Source of the DNA: Bradymonadia bacterium
GTDB lineage: Bacteria > Myxococcota_A > Bradymonadia > UBA7976 > UBA1532
Assembly (NCBI GenBank): GCA_046290225.1
Contig: JBKAGE010000050.1
Span: 16,383-80,382 of the forward strand
Direction: 5' to 3'
Length of the DNA stretch: 64,000 nt
Positions 47,345 to 57,186 of this stretch are shown in pieces. The translations under genes were made by a program, and so were the position numbers. Position 1 is the first letter of the stretch, and each line of letters begins with the position of its first letter. The notes beneath the pieces were generated by a model, which was given only the letters and a program-made list of their open reading frames with translations, was not told the DNA's origin and did not search any database.

Positions 47345-47823
47345 GTGGCCAGCACCTTCTTCTCCTGCCAGAACTTCTCCAGAGTCCACTGCGGCTTCAG
47401 TACACAGGCCACCTGCAGAGGACTCAGCTTCACGCTCAGCGGGTGAGAGCGCTCGTTTTGCCAGGTGCCGATGTCCATGACGACGTCCCCCTGCAGGCTC
47501 AGCCCCCGCTCGCTCAGGATCTCCATGATGGCCGGTACCTGAAGATCCACCCCTGTGGTGGCCTCAGCGTGTGGGTTGCGCAACACCTTGGCGGTGTCGA
47601 CGAGGGCCTGCAAATCCTCTGGGTGGGCATCGAAGTGAGCCACATAGCTCGCCTTGTAGATTTGATCGAAGGCGTCGTCTTGAGAGACGAAGGCGCCATC
47701 GACCACATAGCCCACCTGCCAGTTGCCGTCGCCGTACTTTCGATCCCACTCGCGCTGCTTCGCCTGCCGACGCTTCACACCGCCTGCGCGACCGATCTTG
47801 CGCTCTACCACAGCCCAGCTCAT
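47332..47823 (-). CDS. Hypothetical protein
   Basis: 163 aa; ATGA overlap with the upstream acetyltransferase and overlap with the downstream lipoprotein. Confidence 0.7.
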   Translation of the reverse strand: MSWAVVERKIGRAGGVKRRQAKQREWDRKYGDGNWQVGYVVDGAFVSQDDAFDQIYKASYVAHFDAHPEDLQALVDTAKVLRNPHAEATTGVDLQVPAIMEILSERGLSLQGDVVMDIGTWQNERSHPLSVKLSPLQVACVLKPQWTLEKFWQEKKVLATWRD

Positions 47824-48593
47824 TGAGTGCTCCTCCGCGCTGCATCACACTCGACGCAGCCTGCCTCGGGATCGCACAGGAAGACCAGCAGATCTCGGCG
47901 CAGGTGCGTCAATGCACGCTCTACGGCGTCTCGAGCGCGATAGAGTCTGGCCTCGCCATGGCCCACGAGGCCCGTGGTGAGCGTGCTGCCGAGCCAGGTG
48001 TCGAGCATCCGAAAGCCCATGCAGCAATGATCTGTCTCGGGGATCATCATCGTCTTCACCTCACCCTCGATCTGCACCACGCAGGGATAGCTGATCCTGT
48101 AGGGCACCTCGGCGAGGGCTTCGGCAAGGTGCAATGTGGTGCTGGCATCGTGGTGTACGCCGAGCAGAAGCACCTGCCCGTCGAGATCGTAGACCCGCCC
48201 CACTGGGCTGTCGTGGCCATGGGGTGGCGTCAGAGGCTGAGGGGCACAGATGGCCCCGGAATGGGGGCCCACGGCTGCGAAAGATCCGCCTGGGTGTCCG
48301 CTGCGCAGAACCCCAGGTTGACGCCAGAAGGTTTCTGCCACCACCCCCATGTCCAGGGTGGGCGTCGATGCCGGATCGAAGACTGAGACGCCATCGGTCA
48401 TGGTGGGCATCACCAGGGTGCCCCGTGGCCCGAGAGCGCCCCGAAGTGCTTCAATGAGGCCCAAGGGCCCACCCTCTACAGGCGCCACCTTCGAGAAGGC
48501 GGTGTGCACCAACAGCACGCCTCCGGGCTCGACCCCGAGCAGGCGCAGCTGCTCCGTGACGGCCTGAACGCTCACGTGTGTTTCAGCGGACAT
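47820..48593 (-). CDS. aac(3): Aminoglycoside 3-N-acetyltransferase family, AAC(3)-IV-like
   Basis: GGVLLVH, GPLGLIEALR.ALGP.GTLVMP, DGQVLLLGV, TTLHLAE, DHCC, C-terminal PEAGCVECDAAR. Confidence 0.88.
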   Translation of the reverse strand: MSAETHVSVQAVTEQLRLLGVEPGGVLLVHTAFSKVAPVEGGPLGLIEALRGALGPRGTLVMPTMTDGVSVFDPASTPTLDMGVVAETFWRQPGVLRSGHPGGSFAAVGPHSGAICAPQPLTPPHGHDSPVGRVYDLDGQVLLLGVHHDASTTLHLAEALAEVPYRISYPCVVQIEGEVKTMMIPETDHCCMGFRMLDTWLGSTLTTGLVGHGEARLYRARDAVERALTHLRRDLLVFLCDPEAGCVECDAARRSTQ

Positions 48594-48847
48594 GTGGAAC
48601 CCTCTGCACAGAAGAAGGTGACTTAAACCGTTCGGTTCTGTGACGGAAGCGTCAACCTGGGAGCAATAGCCTGATGACCACGTCGCCTGATGTGGTGAGC
48701 GCGGCCTGGCTCAGGCCACGCCCCCACGGGCACGGAGGATAGATCCAAGAGGTCCTCACAATACAGCACACTTCGCCATTGGCGATGTCGAGCTGTCATT
48801 GGGGCCTCTCACAGAACAGTTGCGTCCATTCACCCAGGAGATGAGTC

Positions 48848-50632
48848 ATGAAGAAACTTGTCTATTGCCTTGTTGCGTTCAGCGCCTTTGGCTGTGACAA
48901 CGAATCGCCGTCAGGTACAGAGTCGGTCATAGATGCCGAGGTCATGGACAATGACCCGGACGTCAGTATCGATGAGCAGTCAGACAGTGGTGTAGAAGAG
49001 CAACCCGACGCTGAACCAGAGCCGATGCCCCCAGATGCAGAGCCACCCCATTGTGGTGATCCTGCAGAACTGTCCGGTGGTCCACTGCCCTTCGAGACCC
49101 TGCAAGGTTTCTCTGGAGGCGAGGATTTTGTCTTTGATGCAGAAGGGTACCTGGTCTCCGTCGACGGGGACGGCAACCTGACGCGTCAGCCTAAGGAAGG
49201 TGACGCCCAGCTCATCACGCCAGGCTTCGAGGAAACCGCCGGTACCCGCATGCTGCCCAACGGTGACTTCATCGTGGCCAATGTCGCTGACGGGGCCCTG
49301 GTCCGAGTGACCCCCGAAGGGGGCAAGTCGGTGGTGATCACCGGCATGCAGTATCCCAACGGCGTCGAAGTCAGTGATGGCGGCACGGTCTATGTGGCCG
49401 ATCAGAATGCAGGCAATGTGCGAGAGGTCGATGTCGAGAACGGCGAGAGCACAATCATCGCCGAAGATCTCTTCAACCCCAACGGGGTGGCCCTGAGCCC
49501 CGACGAGCAGGTGCTCTATGTCGGCTCCTTTGGCGGCGGCACCGTGCACGCGATTCACCGCTCTGCAGAGGGGTGGGAGGCGCCAGTACTGCTCGCCCAG
49601 GTGAGCGAGCCGGGCGGTACCCCGTGTGAAAATGTCGACGACGCATGTGAGATCTTCGGTCAGCCCGGACTGTGCGTGGAAGATGGGGGCGGCGCGCTGT
49701 ACTGCGAGCCCGAGGGTGGCGACTTGGGCGACTTCGAACATGAGCGCTGTGAGATGCAAGGTGCCCCCTGCGGCGATGACGGCAACCGCATCTGTATCTC
49801 GGCCAACGACACGCTGATCTGCCCGGCATACAGCGCAGACTATGTGATTCCATGTGAGGGGGCGTCAGATGGCACCGAGTGCACCGTCCTCGGCGTTGAA
49901 GGGACCTGCACCACCTTTGGCCCATCAGATGGCTTCACTGTGTGCTACCCCAACGATGAGGTCGATCCGAGCTGTGCTGAGCAGGGTGCTGGTGACGCAT
50001 GCACAACCCTGTGGGGCACCAGGGGCAGCTGCATTGACCAGAGCGAGTTCGGCTTCGAAGGGCTGTACTGTGCCGAAGATGGCTTCGGTGGCGGTGGTTT
50101 CGACGAGGAGAGCTGTGAGGGACTCGAACTGGGTGAACGATGCGCGCTGGATGGAGATCCCACCGGTGGGGTGTGCATGGATGGTGAGCTCTACGGCTTC
50201 GAGGGCACGGTGTGCCTGCCGAACGAAGGCGGCTTCGACGAGCGCAGCTGTATGGGCCTCGAAGAGGGTGATCGGTGCGCCATCGATGGTGAAGAGAATG
50301 CCGGCCGGTGTGAAGACGGTACCCTCTACGGCATAGAAGGACTCGTGTGTAGCAACGGAGGCTTCGGAGAGGGCCCAGGAGGCCTCGATGGTGTCATGGT
50401 CGATGCCTGCGGCAACGTGTACATCACCGAATACACCACAGGTAAAATCTATCGAGTCAGCCCCGACGGCGAGCAGGTGGAGACCTTCGTCAAGTTGCCG
50501 TCGCCATGGATCCCCAACATGCGATGGGGCAATGGCATGGGGGGCTTTGAAACAGACACCATGTACATCATGGATCGCGAGTCGGGCCGTCTGTTCACCG
50601 TGATCCCCGGGGTCGGGGGGGCGCGGCAATGA
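48848..50632 (+). CDS. SMP-30/gluconolactonase-like beta-propeller lipoprotein with a Cys-rich insertion
   Basis: Lipobox AFGC; YPNGV, NPNGVALSPD..LYV, GLDGVMVDACGNVYIT; ~250-aa Cys-rich block between blades. Confidence 0.8.
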   Translation: MKKLVYCLVAFSAFGCDNESPSGTESVIDAEVMDNDPDVSIDEQSDSGVEEQPDAEPEPMPPDAEPPHCGDPAELSGGPLPFETLQGFSGGEDFVFDAEGYLVSVDGDGNLTRQPKEGDAQLITPGFEETAGTRMLPNGDFIVANVADGALVRVTPEGGKSVVITGMQYPNGVEVSDGGTVYVADQNAGNVREVDVENGESTIIAEDLFNPNGVALSPDEQVLYVGSFGGGTVHAIHRSAEGWEAPVLLAQVSEPGGTPCENVDDACEIFGQPGLCVEDGGGALYCEPEGGDLGDFEHERCEMQGAPCGDDGNRICISANDTLICPAYSADYVIPCEGASDGTECTVLGVEGTCTTFGPSDGFTVCYPNDEVDPSCAEQGAGDACTTLWGTRGSCIDQSEFGFEGLYCAEDGFGGGGFDEESCEGLELGERCALDGDPTGGVCMDGELYGFEGTVCLPNEGGFDERSCMGLEEGDRCAIDGEENAGRCEDGTLYGIEGLVCSNGGFGEGPGGLDGVMVDACGNVYITEYTTGKIYRVSPDGEQVETFVKLPSPWIPNMRWGNGMGGFETDTMYIMDRESGRLFTVIPGVGGARQ

Positions 50633-52758
50633 GGTTCACTCATTCATTGATACGTGCGTTTTTGGCCAGCCTGCTGCTCTGCGTGGCTGCATGTGACGAC
50701 GACAACGGTGAGCAGAGCGCCGGTGCTGGAGGCATGGGGGGCTCTGGGGGCATGGGCGCCGTTGGAGGCATGGGCGGCACCGGTAACCCCGGAGGTATGG
50801 GAGGCGCCGGGGGCATGGGCGGTGCCATGCCCGAGCCCGAGGCGTGCCAGCTGAACGAAGGCGACGAAGCGCCGCTGTTCTTGCAGAGGCTCTCCTGTGC
50901 CAGCGACTTCACGGCCCTGGCCTCGGAGCCCCTGAGCACTGCCATTCCTGGGGCCCGCTCGCTCAAGGTGGTCTGGGACAGGTTCGACCAGCAGCTCTAT
51001 GCACAGAACAGCCGCATCTATCCCATTCACCACGCCTTTGCGTCAGCCCACCTCTCCGGCGGTGATCGGCCCTTCGTACCGGCGCTGGCGGCGTTCAACG
51101 CCACCGAATACACCTCACCAGATCGACGCTTCATCCTGGCTGCGCTGACGCACTATGCCGGCCCTGATGTGTATGCGCTGGAGTTCTCGCCGTACGACAC
51201 TGCGGACAGCGCCATGGCCGCGACGTTGTTCAACGCCTTGCAGGTGGAGACGCCATTCGCCGAGCTGCGGTTCCATCCAACTTCTGAGCAGGTGGCCCGC
51301 AACACCGCCGACGCTGATCTGCCGGTCATCACCAACGAGGAGCTCTTCGCCGGGATAGACTATCAACCGCTCAACCTCGCGCGCTCCATGGGGCGCCTGC
51401 GGTTCGTGCTCGCCGAAGAGCTTGAGTCCACCTATCTGGACTTCCGCGACATCGTCGTGCTCGACAAGGTGCCCAATGACATCTCAGTGGTGCTGGGCCT
51501 CATCACGGAGGAGTTCCAGACCCCGCTGTCTCACGTCAACGTACTGAGTCAGAACCGGGGTACGCCCAACATGGCTCTGCGCAATGCGCTGTCGAACTCA
51601 GAGCTTCGAGCCCTGGATGGCAAATACGTCGAGCTGGACGTGGGGGCATTCGAATACACCATTCGCGAGGTGACTCAGGCCGAAGCAGATGCCTGGTTCG
51701 AGGCCAACCGCCCAGATCGGGTGGCGGTGCCGACCCTGGACACCAGCCTGCAAATGGTGGTGCCGATCGACTCTGTGCTGGATGACAACATCGATGACAT
51801 GCGCGATCGCATCAAAGATCGGATCCCTGCCGTCGGAGGCAAGGCCGCTCACTACGCCGAGCTGTGGTCCATCGAAGGCGTCCCGGTGCCTGATGGTTTC
51901 GTGGTGCCCGTCTATTTCTACGACCAGCACATGCGTACACATGGCCTGTATGCAGAAGCCGAGGCGCTCGTCGAGGATGATCGCTTCGAGTCTGATCCGG
52001 AGTTTCGCGCCGATGGCCTCAAGGCGCTCCGCAACAAGATCAAAGACGCCCCCGTGGACGAGGCGCTCATCGAGTCGATCACTGCCCAGATGCAGCGTCT
52101 CGGTCTCAACCGGGCTCGCTTTCGGTCGAGTACTAACGCTGAAGATCTCGAGGGGTTCACGGGCGCTGGCCTGTACACCTCCAAGAGCGGTGTTCTCGAT
52201 GATCCCGACAAGTCCGTCGCCGAGGCCATCGGCAAGGTCTGGGCGAGCGTCTGGTTCCTTCGGGCTGTGGACGAGCGTCGATTCCGGGGCATCTCCCACC
52301 TCGAGGTGGGCATGGCGTTGTTGGTGCACCGTTCGTTCCCCGACGAGTACGCCAATGGCGTGGCCCTCACGGCGAACCCATTCGACCCCACAGGGGCCGA
52401 GCCAGCGTTCTACATCAATGTGCAGCGTGGTGAGGCCAGCGTGGTGAAGCCCGAGCCGGGGACCACCACTGATCAGATCCTCTATCAATACGACCGCCCT
52501 GGTCAGCCAGCGGTCTATCTGGGCCGTTCCAACTCGAACCTGCTCATGGAAGACGAGCGGGTGCTGAGCACCAGCGAGCTCTTCGAGGTGGGCAGCGCCC
52601 TCAGGGCGATCCACACACACTTCGCCGCTGCCTATGGCCAACAGCTAGGCGCTTTCTATGCCATGGACGTCGAGTTCAAGTTCGACGTGGTCGAAGAGGG
52701 CGGCGCGCCGCAGCTCTTCGTCAAGCAGGCCCGACCCCATCCCGGACGAGGTGAGTGA
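50629..52758 (+). CDS. Lipoprotein with PEP/pyruvate-binding (PPDK N-terminal, ATP-grasp) domain
   Basis: Lipobox VAAC and GGMGG linker; GGKAA, VPDGF, RSSTNAEDL..FTGAGLY, VWAS, MDVEFK, QARP. Confidence 0.85.
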   Translation: MRFTHSLIRAFLASLLLCVAACDDDNGEQSAGAGGMGGSGGMGAVGGMGGTGNPGGMGGAGGMGGAMPEPEACQLNEGDEAPLFLQRLSCASDFTALASEPLSTAIPGARSLKVVWDRFDQQLYAQNSRIYPIHHAFASAHLSGGDRPFVPALAAFNATEYTSPDRRFILAALTHYAGPDVYALEFSPYDTADSAMAATLFNALQVETPFAELRFHPTSEQVARNTADADLPVITNEELFAGIDYQPLNLARSMGRLRFVLAEELESTYLDFRDIVVLDKVPNDISVVLGLITEEFQTPLSHVNVLSQNRGTPNMALRNALSNSELRALDGKYVELDVGAFEYTIREVTQAEADAWFEANRPDRVAVPTLDTSLQMVVPIDSVLDDNIDDMRDRIKDRIPAVGGKAAHYAELWSIEGVPVPDGFVVPVYFYDQHMRTHGLYAEAEALVEDDRFESDPEFRADGLKALRNKIKDAPVDEALIESITAQMQRLGLNRARFRSSTNAEDLEGFTGAGLYTSKSGVLDDPDKSVAEAIGKVWASVWFLRAVDERRFRGISHLEVGMALLVHRSFPDEYANGVALTANPFDPTGAEPAFYINVQRGEASVVKPEPGTTTDQILYQYDRPGQPAVYLGRSNSNLLMEDERVLSTSELFEVGSALRAIHTHFAAAYGQQLGAFYAMDVEFKFDVVEEGGAPQLFVKQARPHPGRGE

Positions 52759-53810
52759 TGCGTACGCAATTCTACATGTTGGTGATGGGCTTGGCGCTGT
52801 GCAGCTGTGACGATCAAGGTGATACCTCGGCGTCGCCGGAGACGCCTGTACCCGATGCAGCGATGAACCCGGAGAGCGACGCGGGTATGGGCGGTGCCAT
52901 GGCCGATGCCGCGGTCGAGCCCATGGCTGATGAGGGGGTGGACCCACCGCCCGACGAGGTGATGTGTCTCGAGCCAGAAGAAGGCCCCCTGAACGGTGCC
53001 TGTGCTCTGGAGGATAGAGTGGGTGGGTTCCTGGTAGAGAACCAGCGCCAGTTCACCATCGTGACGGGTGATGTCGCCGACTCAGTGCTGCCGCAGTCCG
53101 TACGCCCAGAGAAGGCCCGAGAGGGGGACTGCCGCCTGCTCGAGCGGCCCAATCTGTTTTGTGATCCGCCCTGTGCCTCAGGGGAGACCTGTGACGGCAA
53201 TCAGTGCATTCCATATCCCGCACCGCAGGATCTCGGCGGTGTGCGGATCGACGGTCTGCAAGACTGCGTGCAGATGCAGGCCACCCCACCTGGCAACAAC
53301 TACTTCTTCAACCGCCTGGGTCGTCCTGGGTTCGAGCCCGGTGACTGGGTCAACCTGGTCGCTGAAGGCCTGACCCTGCACGGTCGCGGCGTCGCCCCCC
53401 TCGAAGAGAGCGACGAGGTCTGGCTGTTGCGTCGAGGGGAGCCCCTGGAGGTCCGCTGGAGCGCAGGCAATGTCGATGATGCCAAGGTGGCCATCACCAT
53501 CTCCATCGATCAGCACGGCGCCTCACCCCTGAGCCTGCACTGCGATGTGGCCGACACGGGCATGACTCAAGTGCCTGCGGCCCTCATCGATCGCCTCATC
53601 GACGGCGGGGTCACCGGTGCCCCCTCGGGGCAACTGAGTCGCCACACTGCTGACTCGACCATGACGGAGGATGGGTGCGTCGATTTCATCGTGGCTTCCA
53701 GCAGAGCGCGGGCGGTGCGGGTCGACGGCTTTACCTTCTGTACGATGAATGCGGACTGCCCCGACGGGCAGACCTGTGATGTGCCCCGAGAGGTCTGTGT
53801 CGACGAGTAG
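52758..53810 (+). CDS. Cys-containing lipoprotein
   Basis: TGATG coupling to the upstream gene, lipobox LCSC, acidic linker, Cys-rich ends. Confidence 0.7.
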   Translation: MRTQFYMLVMGLALCSCDDQGDTSASPETPVPDAAMNPESDAGMGGAMADAAVEPMADEGVDPPPDEVMCLEPEEGPLNGACALEDRVGGFLVENQRQFTIVTGDVADSVLPQSVRPEKAREGDCRLLERPNLFCDPPCASGETCDGNQCIPYPAPQDLGGVRIDGLQDCVQMQATPPGNNYFFNRLGRPGFEPGDWVNLVAEGLTLHGRGVAPLEESDEVWLLRRGEPLEVRWSAGNVDDAKVAITISIDQHGASPLSLHCDVADTGMTQVPAALIDRLIDGGVTGAPSGQLSRHTADSTMTEDGCVDFIVASSRARAVRVDGFTFCTMNADCPDGQTCDVPREVCVDE

Positions 53811-53876
53811 ATTTCATGCCTGTCTGAGTATTTTTGCGGTTGGCTTTGGCTGACTTGGGTTCGTTTGTACGTACCT

Positions 53877-54328
53877 GGTGGGCTCGCTGCGCTCGCAGAG
53901 AGAGTTTTTCGGGCACGGGCACGGGCACGGGCACGGGCACGAGTTGATTCGGCTGTGGACAGTGCAGCCTCAGGCTGCATGTCTTGGAGCGAGTGTAGGC
54001 CTGCGTAGCCGGCCGGAGGGAGCGGAAAGACACCCGGAGGGCTGTCCACTGGTCAACCTGACTCGTGGCCCTGCATGACTCCGCTCTTAGGCTTGTGGTG
54101 ACGGAGGCTCTTCTCGGCCCTGCGCTGCTCCAAGTGGAGGATTCGGCCTCCATACCGCCCAAGACCTGAATCCTCAGGCCATTCTGAAGCGCATCAACTC
54201 AGCCTCAATGACAACCATCGCCCTGAATTCATGCAGGGCCACGGGTCCAGGACCGAATCAACTCGTGCCCGTGCCCGTGCCCGTGCCCGTGCCCGAAAAA
54301 CTCTCTCTGCGAGCGCAGCGAGCCCACC
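53877..54328. repeat. Palindromic element family B, copy 2 ((GGGCAC)5 arms)
   Basis: Perfect 76-bp inverted arms at 53877-53952 and 54253-54328; interior homologous to copy 1. Confidence 0.9.
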
Positions 54329-54451
54329 TGCACCCCTACCAACAAGGTTCAGCGTCAAATGAGACATCACGACACCAGAATGTGCCGCTCAGTCGTCAGC
54401 GTATTGTAGGGGGAGTCAGCGGGGCAGGGCACCCCAGCTCAAGTGGAGGGA

Positions 54452-55858
54452 TTACTTGGGGTCGATGCGGTACACGGTGCCGGCGTAGGCATCAGTGAAC
54501 CAGATCTTGTTGTCGCGGCCCACCTCGATGCCCGCGAGGCTCTGCGGGGGCAGGTTGATCTCCAGGCTACGCAGCAGGTTCCCCTCGAGATCAAAGGCGT
54601 GCATGGTGTTGGTGCGGTTGTCCGACACGTAGAGCACTCCCTCGTGCAGGGCGAGGCCGCTGGGGTACTCAAGGGTACCGGCGGGCACCACCTCTTCGAG
54701 CATGGCGTTGTCCATGTAGCCATAATCAGCGAGGGGCTCGTACACCGGCTGGAAAGGCCCACCGGCCTCACCGCTCATGGTGTCGAGGCGCACGATGCGG
54801 GCGTTGCCGGTGTCGGCGATGTAGAGGAAGCCGTCCTCGGGGTTGAAGACCATGTGGCTCGGCACCCGGGGCACCCGGGAGAGCTCACCCTCGACATAGC
54901 GGTGGACGATGCCGTCGGAGTGATCGTCGTAGCCGGGGCCGTGATCGTCGGCGAAGTCGTAGCGATCGATGCTGCCCACGTGGCCATTGAAGAGCCAGTA
55001 CACGTTGTCCCGCTCGTGGGCGATGCCCATGCACCACGGGGTGGCGTGCAACATGTCGAGGTGGGAGCCGTTCAGGCCGGGCCCGGGATCCTGCGCGTAG
55101 ATGTCGAGATCGCTCGACCACAGGCTGGGGCCGATGAACATGGCGGAGTCGTTCTCGAAGTTACCCGTGGCGGCCTCGCCACAGGTGGCGAAGGTCTCGG
55201 CGTCGCCCATGGCCAGGGCCGGGGCCTGGCGCATGAAGTGCCACGAGTTGCCGTCCTCGAGGATCACGAAGGACTGATCGTCGAGGCCAGGGTTGGAGAT
55301 GATGGTGGTGAAGCTGCCCATGTTCTGGCAGCGCTCACTGAAGGTGTTCCGCTGGGTGCAGGTGCCGAAGACGTCGGGGCGACGGTTGAGCACCCACAGC
55401 TCGTCCCGCTCGGGGTGGAACTCGAGATCAGGAGACTCGGTCTCAGCCCGGGGGGTGTAGATGGTGGTCAGGTCGACGGACTCGGCGCTGCCGTCACCCC
55501 ACCCGATGAGCCCACCTGCAGGGGGCGCACCGCACTCACCGCTGTCGACGTCACACACGGGGCCAGCGGGATCTTCGGCGCAGTCGGCGTTGGTGGTGCA
55601 GCCCATGGGGACCTCGCCACCGGCGCCGGCCTCTCCGCCTGCGCCGGCCTCACCACCTGCTTCACCGCCGCCACCGGCCTCGCCACCGGCGCCGGCTTCA
55701 CCGCCGCTGCCGCCATCTGGCTTGCCGCCGGTGCCTTCACCACCAGCGCCGGCCTCGCCACCACCAGCACCATCGCTGTCGCCACCGCTGTCGTCACAGC
55801 CGGTCATCAGCCAGGGGGCCAGAGCGGCCAGCAAGATGAGAGATTTGGTCTTCTGCAT
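54452..55858 (-). CDS. Lipoprotein with Gly-rich linker and NHL/beta-propeller-like domain
   Basis: Lipobox MTGC; (GGEAGA)n linker; LYIADTGN.RI, YPSGLAL..GVLYVSD, IWFTD repeats. Confidence 0.78.
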   Translation of the reverse strand: MQKTKSLILLAALAPWLMTGCDDSGGDSDGAGGGEAGAGGEGTGGKPDGGSGGEAGAGGEAGGGGEAGGEAGAGGEAGAGGEVPMGCTTNADCAEDPAGPVCDVDSGECGAPPAGGLIGWGDGSAESVDLTTIYTPRAETESPDLEFHPERDELWVLNRRPDVFGTCTQRNTFSERCQNMGSFTTIISNPGLDDQSFVILEDGNSWHFMRQAPALAMGDAETFATCGEAATGNFENDSAMFIGPSLWSSDLDIYAQDPGPGLNGSHLDMLHATPWCMGIAHERDNVYWLFNGHVGSIDRYDFADDHGPGYDDHSDGIVHRYVEGELSRVPRVPSHMVFNPEDGFLYIADTGNARIVRLDTMSGEAGGPFQPVYEPLADYGYMDNAMLEEVVPAGTLEYPSGLALHEGVLYVSDNRTNTMHAFDLEGNLLRSLEINLPPQSLAGIEVGRDNKIWFTDAYAGTVYRIDPK

Positions 55859-55975
55859 GTGTGTGGTCCTCGTACAAGGGTGCATCGTCCAGATGCGTGC
55901 ATACGAAATCGGTTTCGGGGATGTTACCGATGACTTGAGTTTGATGGAGGGGTCGGCGGGAATTTAAGCGAGCGA

Positions 55976-56737
55976 TCAGCCGCCTGGGAAGAGGGCGTTG
56001 GCGTTGCGCCGGCACTTATCGGGCATCTGCCCTTCCATGGGGCCACCCTTGAACATGTCGATCATCTTCTCGCACGCAGCCTTGAAGTCTGGCCCGAGGG
56101 TGGGCAGTCGCTCATTCTTCGGATCGTGCTTGGACACAGCGACGGCGAGGTTCCACGCCCGGATCCGATCCTGATCGCTGATGTTGGGGGGCTGGGCGAG
56201 GAGCTTCTTGATGGTGGCATACCAATCACCCTCGCCGTCGTAGTGGAACCACGTGAGCGCGACGCCATGGGTGTCCTCGCTGACAGAGACGGCCTCTGGG
56301 GGCTTCTCGGTCTCGAAGCCCCAGGTGGGGCACACCTTGAAGTAGTCCCTGCCACTGTAGAAGTAGTTGCCGCCCAGCCCACTGGAGCCATAGGCGATCT
56401 CATCCGCGAGCAGTGAGGCACTGCCGAGGATGTTGATGACGTAGAAGCACTCGTCTTTGAGCTCACTCTTGTCTTTGAAGTTGTACTTCACGGCCTTCAT
56501 TTTGCCCTCAGGGCTGCTGAAGGTGATGGTGTGCTTGCCTTCGAGGTCAGCGCCGATCCGGCCATGGGCGGGGATCTCCACGGTGCTTTCGCTGCCACCT
56601 TCATCGACGATCTTGGCCTTCACGGGGAAGTCGAAACCGTTGGTGAACATGATGGGATCTACGCCAGAGCCGCTGAAGAGAAACCACGCGCCGGCACCGA
56701 TGCCGGCTACGGCGAGGAGTGGGACGAGAGGCTTCAT
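55976..56737 (-). CDS. Hypothetical protein with N-terminal membrane anchor
   Basis: Hydrophobic N-terminus from MKPLVPLL; host-like codon usage. Confidence 0.7.
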   Translation of the reverse strand: MKPLVPLLAVAGIGAGAWFLFSGSGVDPIMFTNGFDFPVKAKIVDEGGSESTVEIPAHGRIGADLEGKHTITFSSPEGKMKAVKYNFKDKSELKDECFYVINILGSASLLADEIAYGSSGLGGNYFYSGRDYFKVCPTWGFETEKPPEAVSVSEDTHGVALTWFHYDGEGDWYATIKKLLAQPPNISDQDRIRAWNLAVAVSKHDPKNERLPTLGPDFKAACEKMIDMFKGGPMEGQMPDKCRRNANALFPGG

Positions 56738-57101
56738 GGGGGCGACCTCGATGGGCTGAGCACCAAACGCGCTCACGCTGAACGCCTCTGGTCACTGAAC
56801 GTTTGTGTGTGGGGTGGGTAACATGCGGGATATTGAATGTCGACCCACAAGCACGCTGAGGTTCATCGTGCTCTGCAATCGGATTGAGTCGGGAGGGCGT
56901 AGGATTGAGGACAGAGTTCGGGGGCGAAGAGCGCAGGCGATGCCAATGTATCGTCGAGTACCTTCAACCTCGAAATCTGACCTCAAGACAAGCACTCACA
57001 CTCAATCCGAATACAGAGTGCGATCAGCCCAATCCTGTGGAGCAGGTGCTCAGACAATGACATCACATTGGGGGATTGTGAGATGGGTCAGCGTTGAGCC
57101 C

Positions 57102-57147
57102 TTGTAGGCAGGCAGAGCGAAGCGACGACCACCTACACAGGCCCAGC
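57102..57147. repeat. Solo remnant of a family A outer REP-like unit
   Basis: GCAGGCAGAGCGAAGCGACGACCACCTACACAGGCCCAGCC resembles the right arm end at 8745-8786. Confidence 0.65.
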
Positions 57148-57186
57148 CACAACATCTGTCACTGACTCAAGACATGAGATGAGGCC

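Noticed and set aside
56792..57107. Small ORFs in a lower-GC intergenic stretch
   Set aside because: No RBS, atypical codon usage and no recognisable motif; cannot be supported as genes.
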